From Vicinamibacterales bacterium (GTDB lineage Bacteria > Acidobacteriota > Vicinamibacteria > Vicinamibacterales > UBA8438): a stretch of DNA of 64,000 nucleotides. The stretch lies in NCBI GenBank assembly GCA_965214865.1, contig CBDCCN010000004.1, forward strand, positions 12,512 to 76,511. Reading direction: 5' to 3'. Each line of letters starts with the position of its first letter. Position 1 is the first letter of the stretch. The position numbers and the translations under genes were made by a program. Of this stretch, positions 1 to 6,755 are shown in pieces. The notes beneath the pieces were generated by a model. The model did not search any database and was not told the origin of the DNA. It saw nothing but the letters and a program-made list of their open reading frames with translations.

Positions 1-1
1 C

Positions 2-922
2 GTCGTCCGTATCCACCGGCCGGCAAGCTCTCGGCGCTCCCCCCCCGCCCCGCGTTCGTCAGCGGAGCCGCTGTCTCCCGAGGCGGAGATCTACCGCGCG
101 CTCACCCTGGGAACGGCCGACTACATCCGGAAGAACGGCTTCCCGGGAGCCGTGCTCGGGCTTTCCGGCGGCATCGATTCCGCCCTGGCCCTCACCGTCG
201 CGGCGGACGCCATCGGCCCCGACGCGGTGACCGCCGTCTCCATGCCGTCGCGCTACACCGCCGGGATGAACCGGGACGATGCGGCGGTCCTGGCCCGCCG
301 GCTCGGCGTCCGGTTCCTGGAGCTGCCGATCGAGACCCTGGCCGGCGCCTATGGCGCGGCGCTGGCCGGACCTTTCGCCGGCACGGAGCCGAACGTCGCC
401 GAAGAGAACCTGCAGGCGCGCATCCGGGGCAACCTGCTGATGGCGCTCTCGAACAAGTTCGGCTGGCTCGTGCTGACCACCGGCAACAAGAGCGAGATGA
501 GCGTCGGCTACGCCACCCTCTACGGCGACATGGCCGGCGGCTTCGCGATCCTGAAGGACGTGCTGAAGACCTGGGTGTACCGTCTGGCCGTCTGGCGCAA
601 CCGCGACGGCGAGGTGATCCCGCAGCGGATCATCGACAAGCCGCCGACCGCGGAGCTGCGCGACAACCAGCGCGACTCCGACAGCCTGCCGCCCTACGAC
701 GTGCTCGACGGGATCCTGGAAGTGTACGTCGAGCGGGATGGAAGCCCGGCCGAGATCGAAGCCCTCGGCTTCGCCCGGGACACGGTGGAGCGCGTCGTGC
801 AACTCGTCGACCGCACCGAGTACAAGCGCCGGCAGGCCCCGCCCGGCGTCCGCATCTCGACCCGCGCGTTCGGCAAGGACCGGCGGCTGCCCATCACCAA
901 CCGCTACACGCCGACACGCTGA
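2..922 (+). CDS. nadE: NAD+ synthetase (NadE), synthetase domain; 5' end lies outside the window
   Basis: The frame is open from nt 2. The translation has the ATP-PPase SGGIDS motif (GLSGGIDSALA) and a NadE-type C-terminus (TEYKRRQAPPGVRIS). Stop TGA at 920-922. Confidence 0.9.
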   Translation, partial: VVRIHRPASSRRSPPAPRSSAEPLSPEAEIYRALTLGTADYIRKNGFPGAVLGLSGGIDSALALTVAADAIGPDAVTAVSMPSRYTAGMNRDDAAVLARRLGVRFLELPIETLAGAYGAALAGPFAGTEPNVAEENLQARIRGNLLMALSNKFGWLVLTTGNKSEMSVGYATLYGDMAGGFAILKDVLKTWVYRLAVWRNRDGEVIPQRIIDKPPTAELRDNQRDSDSLPPYDVLDGILEVYVERDGSPAEIEALGFARDTVERVVQLVDRTEYKRRQAPPGVRISTRAFGKDRRLPITNRYTPTR

Positions 923-1017
923 GCGACGGCGCGCGTTCCCTGAACGAGGCCGCCTTCGGCCGCCGGCTCCAGCCGCTCCGCACGAGCGCCACCGACGGCC
1001 GTCGCTCGCGCTCGCCG

Positions 1018-1962
1018 CTAGCGGCCCGACACCGGGCCGCCGTCGCCCGAGACCTGCTTCAGGACCGTGGTGGCGGCGCCGATCATGGACGACACGTCGC
1101 TCAGGTTCGCGGGCACGATCAGGGTGTTGCCCGCCTTCGCCAGGTTGCCGAAGCGTTCCAGGTAGTCCTCGGCGATGCGGAGCTGCATGGCCTTGTCGCC
1201 GCCTTCCGCATCGAGCGCCGCGGCCACCTTCTTCAACCCCTCGGCCGTCGCCTCGGCGACCGCCAGGATCGCGGCCGCTTCACCCTCTGCCTCGTTGATC
1301 TGCTGCTGCTTGGCGCCTTCCGACTCCTTGATGACCCGCTGCTTCTCGCCTTCCGCCTGGTTGACCTTGGCGTCCCGGTCGCCTTCGGACTCGAGTACGG
1401 TCGCGCGCTTCTCCCGCTCGGCGCGCATCTGCTTTTCCATCGCCGTCAGCACGTCGCGCGGCGGGTTGATGTTCTTGATCTCGTAGCGCAGCACCTTGAC
1501 GCCCCACGGATTGGAGGCCTGGTCGAGCTCCTCGACCACCCGCAGGTTGATGTGGCTGCGCTCCTCGAACGTCTTGTCCAGTTCGATCTTGCCGATCTCG
1601 CTGCGCAGCGTGGTCTGGGCGAGCTGGGAGATCGCGAACAGGTAGTCGCCGATGCCGTAGGACGCCTTGCGCGCATCCATCACCTGGAGGTAAAGCACGC
1701 CGTCCACCCCCACCTGCACGTTGTCCGCGGTGATGCAGATCTGCTCCTCGACGTCGATCGCCCGCTCCTTCAGGCTGTGCCGGTAGGCGACCCGCTCGAG
1801 GAACGGGATCAGGATGGCGAACCCGGATTCCAGCGTTCTCGAATACTTGCCGAGACTCTCGACGATGTAGGCATTCTGCTGCGGCACGACCACCGCCGTC
1901 TTCGCGATGACGGTGATCACGACGATGGCCAGCACCAGGGCGACGATGAGACCCACGTCCAT
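1018..1962 (-). CDS. SPFH/band-7 (stomatin/prohibitin-like) membrane protein
   Basis: N-terminal TM helix (GLIVALVLAIVVITVIA), an SPFH core (VVPQQNAYIVESLGKY...RYEIKNINPP) and an E/A/K-rich coiled-coil tail. ATG at 1962 is preceded by AAGGAG. The ORF track starts 12 codons earlier, at 1998. Confidence 0.9.
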   Translation of the reverse strand: MDVGLIVALVLAIVVITVIAKTAVVVPQQNAYIVESLGKYSRTLESGFAILIPFLERVAYRHSLKERAIDVEEQICITADNVQVGVDGVLYLQVMDARKASYGIGDYLFAISQLAQTTLRSEIGKIELDKTFEERSHINLRVVEELDQASNPWGVKVLRYEIKNINPPRDVLTAMEKQMRAEREKRATVLESEGDRDAKVNQAEGEKQRVIKESEGAKQQQINEAEGEAAAILAVAEATAEGLKKVAAALDAEGGDKAMQLRIAEDYLERFGNLAKAGNTLIVPANLSDVSSMIGAATTVLKQVSGDGGPVSGR

Positions 1963-1981
1963 CGCTTGTCTCCTTGTTCGA

Positions 1982-2431
1982 TCAACCGACGGACTCACCC
2001 GCGGAAAGCATGATCTGCAGCTCGACGCCGTTCGTATCGACCACGACGGCGCCGGCGCCGCGCGGGATGGGCGCCGATCCGATGTTCACCGCGGTCCATT
2101 CCGTCCCCTGCAGGCGAATCCGCGTCCGCCGGCCGGGGGCGACCTCCTCGTCGACGCCGACCACCGCACCGACCGCCGGATGCTGGAACTCCTCCAGCGG
2201 ACCGCCCCGGAGCCGGTCGTAGCACTTGCGTCGAAACAGCACCATGGACGCGACGGCCAGCACCGAGAACGCCACCCACTGCACCCAGACCGGCAAGCCG
2301 ACGCCGGCCAGCCCGACGAGCCCGATGCAGATCGCCGCTGCGCCCGCGAAGACGAGATAGAACGCGGCGTCCGCCGTCAACTCCGCGCCCGCCAGGGCGA
2401 TACCGAAGATCAGCCAGCCCCACCACGACAT
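1982..2431 (-). CDS. NfeD-family membrane protein (partner of the SPFH protein)
   Basis: Has an N-terminal hydrophobic (TM) region and a C-terminal soluble NfeD-like domain (RIRLQGTEWTAVNIGSAPIPRGAGAVVVD). It sits directly upstream of the SPFH gene in the same orientation, the classic nfeD-SPFH operon. Confidence 0.85.
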   Translation of the reverse strand: MSWWGWLIFGIALAGAELTADAAFYLVFAGAAAICIGLVGLAGVGLPVWVQWVAFSVLAVASMVLFRRKCYDRLRGGPLEEFQHPAVGAVVGVDEEVAPGRRTRIRLQGTEWTAVNIGSAPIPRGAGAVVVDTNGVELQIMLSAGESVG

Positions 2432-2519
2432 GTCGTGCTCCCGCTGTCGGCTCCGGTCAGGACTCTCCGCCTGCCCGGTTCCACGGTTGTGCGCATCCCC
2501 CGTGCTGTCCCAGTGTACA

Positions 2520-2621
2520 CGTCGGAACGGAACGGCGGCGCGGCCCGACGCGACATCTGCTCCCCGACGTCCATGCCATCCACGCGGAAACGTCGGAACG
2601 GAACGGCGGCACGGCCCGACG
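2520..2621. repeat. Two copies of a 31-nt direct repeat, CGTCGGAACGGAACGGCGGC(G/A)CGGCCCGACG
   Basis: Copies at 2520-2550 and 2591-2621 differ at one position. The period is 71 nt (not a multiple of 3). Each copy has CGTCGG...CCGACG terminal inverted ends. Confidence 0.8.
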
Positions 2622-2713
2622 TGACCGCCACGCGAAGCGAACTGAATCTCGACGATCCCGACGTGGCGGCCGTGCCGGCCTCGATGCTGGCGTGGCTGAT
2701 CGACACATGACGG

Positions 2714-2893
2714 TCAGCGTCGATTGCCGGTCCACATACGGTCGAGAAGAGATGTGCTTGCACGGGAGGCAGGATCTCGACCGGGAATCTCCAGGTGATC
2801 CGGGTCGGTCCACAACGCCTGCGCCTCGACGAAGTCGGTGCCGTGCTCGGCCCGGTTGCTGTCGCTCCTGGCGCGATCGAACTCGAACTCCAT
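2714..2893 (-). pseudogene. BrnT/DUF497-like toxin remnant (59-codon ORF, C-terminal half lost or frameshifted)
   Basis: My own translation is MEFEFDRARSDSNRAEHGTDFVEAQALWTDPDHLEIPGRD... The first ~37 aa fit the DUF497 pattern FE[WF]DxxKxxxNxxKHGxxFxEAxxxFxDP. After that the similarity disappears and the ORF stops early. No BrnA-like partner is found downstream. Confidence 0.45.
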
Positions 2894-2912
2894 CTGGACG
2901 ACGGTCCGGCGC

Positions 2913-3323
2913 TCACACGTCGATCATCCGCGACCGCAGCATCGACTGCACGAACCGCGCCAGGCGCTCCTCGGCCGGCTCGACGCGATCGCCGAACTGG
3001 CTGCGCAGGCGCCCGGCGATCTCGGTCAGCGGCGTCTCGCCATCACACGCCTTCCAGATGAACGTTCCGACGTCGTCGAGGCGGATGCGATAGCAGGGGT
3101 CGCCCAGCTTCGAGGCGAGCCAGCGGCCGATGCGGCTCTCGCCGAGCTGCGGGCGCAGGACGACGCAACGCCCGTCGTCCAGCTCCCGCCAGTCAAGGCG
3201 GCGGTGCGGGCGCGCGTCCCGGATGGCTGCGGCAGCGGCGGAGGCCGCCACGCGGAGGGCCTGCGCACCGACGGACCCGGGGCCCGTTCCCGAATCGTTC
3301 GCCGAGCGCGCTCCCGGCGTCAC
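2913..3323 (-). CDS. PqqD-family (RRE-type) small protein
   Basis: The C-terminal ~95 aa (RLDWRELDDGRCVVLRPQL...RIRLDDVGTFIWKACDGETPLTEIAGRLRSQFG...RFVQSMLRSRMIDV) match the PqqD-family pattern. The proposed GTG start at 3323 overlaps the OPT stop (GTGA). The true start could be further downstream. Confidence 0.7.
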   Translation of the reverse strand: MTPGARSANDSGTGPGSVGAQALRVAASAAAAAIRDARPHRRLDWRELDDGRCVVLRPQLGESRIGRWLASKLGDPCYRIRLDDVGTFIWKACDGETPLTEIAGRLRSQFGDRVEPAEERLARFVQSMLRSRMIDV

Positions 3324-5299
3324 TCCCCGCCGCCGGCGCCGCCGCGCATCGCGTTCAGCGGCATCCTCACCAGCATGTAGTAGAGCAGGATGAAGACGAG
3401 CGCCCCGCCGAGAGCGCTGTCGGCGATCTCCGGCAGATCCAGCCACGGCAGCGCTTCGCCGGCACCGACCAGGAGGGCGAGCAGCACCGCCATGAGCGCC
3501 TCGCCGGCGATGAAGCCGGACGACAGGAGCACCCCGGTATTGGTGGCGCGCGTCCGTTCCTCCCCGGCCGCCTGCTGTTCGTCGAGCGAGCGCGACAGCC
3601 ACCAGCTCACGAGGCCGCCGACGAAGATCCCCGCCGTCGACGGAAACGGCAGATACATGCCGACCGCGATCAGCATGGGCGACGGCGAATTGAGGAGGAT
3701 GAGGACCCCGGCCAGCGCCATCCCGGCGATGACCAGCGGCCAGGCCATCTCCCCGCCGACGATGCCCTGCGAGATGAGCGCCATCAGCCCGGCCTGCGGC
3801 GCCGGCAGCTCCGGACTACCGATCTCGTAGACCTGGTCCATCAGGATCATCGGCCAGATGAGCACCATCGCGGCGATGGTCACGCCGACCAGCTCGCCGA
3901 TCTGCATCTTCCACGGGGTGCCGCCGAGGATGTGGCCGACCTTCAGGTCCTGCAGCATGTCGCCGGCGATGCCGCAGGCGCAGCAGACGACACCGGCCAC
4001 CGCCAGCACGCCGAGGATGCCGCTCGATCCGGTCACGCCGATGCCCACCATTACGATGGCGGCGATGAGCAGCGTGCTGAGGGTCAGGCCGCTGATCGGG
4101 TTGTTGGAGCTGCCGAGCAGGCCCACCAGGTAGCCGGCCACCGCGGCGAACAGGAAGCCCAGGATGACCATCATGACGGTCAGCAGGATGGCGCCGCCGA
4201 AACTCTCGCTGAAGTACCAGTAGAGGCCGAACAGCGGCACCGCCAGCGCCGCGATCGCCACGCCTGTTTTCCTGAAGTCGATGTCGACGTCCTGCCGCCC
4301 GGCGCCTCCTTCCTGTGACGTGTGCAGGTCGCCGAGCGCGCGCCCGATGCCCTGAATGAGCGACGTGCGCAGCTTGTATAGCGTGTAGAACGCGGCGACG
4401 ATCATCGTGCCGACGGCGAGCGGGCGGACCTGCCGCAGCCACACCTCGGTGCTCAATTCGATGAACCCGGCGGAATCGGTCGCCTGGGCGGCCAGCTCCG
4501 GGTTCAGGAAGAGGCCAAGGGGAACCAGCAGCAGCCAGCCGAGTACCGCACCGGCGAACAGCGTGGCGGCAATCTGCGGCCCGACGATGAAGCCGACCCC
4601 GATCAGCGCCGGTGACGCGGCGGGCGATTGCAACAGGAACCCGCCGACGTAGTTCACCTGCCGGCCCAGAATCTCGATCGTCGACTGCCCGAGCGAGACG
4701 AACCAAGTGGCCGAGTCGGCCACCAGCTTGACGCCGTTGCTGTTCTTGAGCAGCTCCCACGCACCGGCGACCCCCATCGCCTGGAACACGAACTTGGCGC
4801 CCGTCTGCCGCCCGCCCTGTCCCGCCTTGACCAGCTCCGCCGCGGCGACGCTCTCGGGGAACGGCAGCTCCGCCTCGACCACCAGGGTGCGGCGCAGCAC
4901 GATGATGAAGAGGACGCCGAGGATACCGCCCACCAGCATGATGGCGGTGCTCTCCCAGTAACGCAGCTCGTCCCAGACTCCGCTGATGACGAATGCGGGA
5001 ATCGTGAAGATTGCCCCGGCGACCAGCGCCTCGCCCACCGACGCGGTCGTCCGCGCCATGTTCTCCTCGAGAATCGAGCCGCCGAAGAGACGCAGCGCCG
5101 CCATCGCCACCACCGCGGCCGGGAAGGTGGCGGCCACCGTGAGGCCGGCCCGCATCCCGAGGTAGGCGTTGGCGGTGCCGAGCACGATCGCCATCGCGGT
5201 GCCGAGCAACACCGCGCGGAACGTGAGCTCGGGCAGGTCGGACGATTCGGGCACGAACGGCACGAAGGGACGGGACGACGGCTCGCTGGTCGGATTCAT
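3320..5299 (-). CDS. OPT-family oligopeptide transporter
   Basis: Polytopic membrane protein. The N-terminus (LTFRAVLLGTAMAIVLGTANAYLGMRAGLTVAATFPAAV) is typical of the OPT superfamily. ATG chosen at 5299 (MNPTSEPSS); the ORF track extends 36 codons upstream. Confidence 0.88.
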   Translation of the reverse strand: MNPTSEPSSRPFVPFVPESSDLPELTFRAVLLGTAMAIVLGTANAYLGMRAGLTVAATFPAAVVAMAALRLFGGSILEENMARTTASVGEALVAGAIFTIPAFVISGVWDELRYWESTAIMLVGGILGVLFIIVLRRTLVVEAELPFPESVAAAELVKAGQGGRQTGAKFVFQAMGVAGAWELLKNSNGVKLVADSATWFVSLGQSTIEILGRQVNYVGGFLLQSPAASPALIGVGFIVGPQIAATLFAGAVLGWLLLVPLGLFLNPELAAQATDSAGFIELSTEVWLRQVRPLAVGTMIVAAFYTLYKLRTSLIQGIGRALGDLHTSQEGGAGRQDVDIDFRKTGVAIAALAVPLFGLYWYFSESFGGAILLTVMMVILGFLFAAVAGYLVGLLGSSNNPISGLTLSTLLIAAIVMVGIGVTGSSGILGVLAVAGVVCCACGIAGDMLQDLKVGHILGGTPWKMQIGELVGVTIAAMVLIWPMILMDQVYEIGSPELPAPQAGLMALISQGIVGGEMAWPLVIAGMALAGVLILLNSPSPMLIAVGMYLPFPSTAGIFVGGLVSWWLSRSLDEQQAAGEERTRATNTGVLLSSGFIAGEALMAVLLALLVGAGEALPWLDLPEIADSALGGALVFILLYYMLVRMPLNAMRGGAGGGE

Positions 5300-5371
5300 G
5301 CGGCCATTCTGCACGACGCGGCGCCGGTTGTCATCCTCGTTGCGCGTTCGCGATCCCCGGCAGCATGGGCA

Positions 5372-5459
5372 GCATACGGGACACCCGCGGAGCCTCCCCA
5401 GGCCCACCCCGACTACTGCGTGCTGGTGGTGGCATCCGGGACACCTGCGGAACCTCCCG
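5372..5459. repeat. 28-nt direct repeat pair, GCAT(A/C)CGGGACACC(C/T)GCGGA(G/A)CCTCCC, period 60 nt
   Basis: Copies at 5372-5399 and 5432-5459. The second continues into GTCAATCGT..., which resembles the dispersed repeat family seen at 56654-56690. Confidence 0.65.
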
Positions 5460-5644
5460 TCAATCGTTCGCCGGATGTTTCGCCGCGGAGGTCCGCGACC
5501 GCTCTGCAGGACGGGTCGCGCACCGGCTCAAGCCAGCCGCTCACCGGTATACTTGGCCGGAGAACAGCGGCACGTTTGCGCCCGGCCGCCGGGAAGCACC
5601 AGCATGTCACCCACGAAACGACCCTCCGCCGGAAACCGGATCCC

Positions 5645-6538
5645 GTGAGGCGCATTCCCGACATCTACGCCGAGAAGCGCGCCGCCGGCCGGCCGGTCAT
5701 CTCCATCGAGTTCTTTCCGCCGAAGACGCTGCGGGGGGACGAAAGCCTGTTCGAGCGGGTGCTGCCCCGCCTGGCGGCGGCGCGGCCCGACTTCTGCTCG
5801 GTCACCTACGGCGCCGCCGGCGGCGGCACGCGGGCGCGGACCCTGCAGATCGTCGACCGCATGCAGCGGGAGCACGGCCTGACCGCGATGGCGCACGTCA
5901 CCTGCGTCAGCTTCACGCGGGCGGAGATGGACGGCTTCCTCGACGAGGCGGCCGGGCTCGGCATCCGGAACATCCTGGCGCTGCGCGGAGACCCGCCCTC
6001 GGGGGAACCGTACTTCGTGCGACCGCCCGGCGGGTTCGACTACGCCTACCAGCTCATCGACGTCCTGAAGGCGCGGTCCGACGAGTTCGCGATCGGCTGC
6101 GCCGGCTTCCCGGAGGGCCATCCCGACTGTACGGCGGGAAAGCAGGTCGACTGGCAGCGCCTGCGCGACAAGGTCGAACACGGCGCCGATTTCATCCTCA
6201 CGCAGCTCTTCTTCGACAACGCCGACTACTTCCGGATGGTCGACTACCTGACCGGCACGCTCGGCGTGACCGTGCCGATCACCCCCGGCGTGTTGCCGAT
6301 CCTGAGCACGACGCAGGTCAAGCGCTTCACCGCGCTCTGCGGCGCGACCCTGCCCGCCCCGTTGGTCACGGATCTTGACCGGCTGGGCGACGACGAAGCA
6401 GTGACGAAGTTCGGCATAGAGTACGCATCGCGACAGTGCGAGGCGCTGCTGGCGGGCGGCGCGCCCGGCCTGCACCTCTACGGCCTCAACCGCTCCCGGT
6501 CCGCCCTCGCGATTCTTCGGAACCTCAGGCTGGCGTAG
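5645..6538 (+). CDS. metF: 5,10-methylenetetrahydrofolate reductase
   Basis: The translation from GTG 5645 (VRRIPDIYAEKRAAGRPVISIEFFPPKT...LALRGDPP...FILTQLFFD...) matches the MetF family along its whole length. Confidence 0.9.
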   Translation: MRRIPDIYAEKRAAGRPVISIEFFPPKTLRGDESLFERVLPRLAAARPDFCSVTYGAAGGGTRARTLQIVDRMQREHGLTAMAHVTCVSFTRAEMDGFLDEAAGLGIRNILALRGDPPSGEPYFVRPPGGFDYAYQLIDVLKARSDEFAIGCAGFPEGHPDCTAGKQVDWQRLRDKVEHGADFILTQLFFDNADYFRMVDYLTGTLGVTVPITPGVLPILSTTQVKRFTALCGATLPAPLVTDLDRLGDDEAVTKFGIEYASRQCEALLAGGAPGLHLYGLNRSRSALAILRNLRLA

Positions 6539-6755
6539 CCCGGCCGGCGGCCCGCCGATGGCGCGGGAATGCTCGGCGGCGCTTGTCGGGATGCGGCAGA
6601 TCCAGACGCCAGATATCGCCGCGATTCACTCTGGCGGCCATTCCTGCCCGCGGATCAGGTTGGCATTGTTGTGCCCGGTGCGGCCCCCCACGTTCCTCTT
6701 GCTTACCGAGAAGAACTGTGCCACACTGTTCCACGCGGTAACCGATAGGAATCCG

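Noticed and set aside
2520-2621. CRISPR array.
   Set aside because: There are only two repeat copies, and no array or cas genes anywhere in the window. The other repeats (5372, 16331, 33583, 42298) are likewise pairs or in-frame coding repeats.
2432-5299. A RiPP biosynthetic cluster around the PqqD-like gene, with the repeats at 2520/2591 as tandem precursor genes.
   Set aside because: No maturase, cyclase or protease genes are present. The repeats have a 71-nt period (out of frame), and all frames give Arg-rich junk. The only clean small ORF there looks like a BrnT relic.
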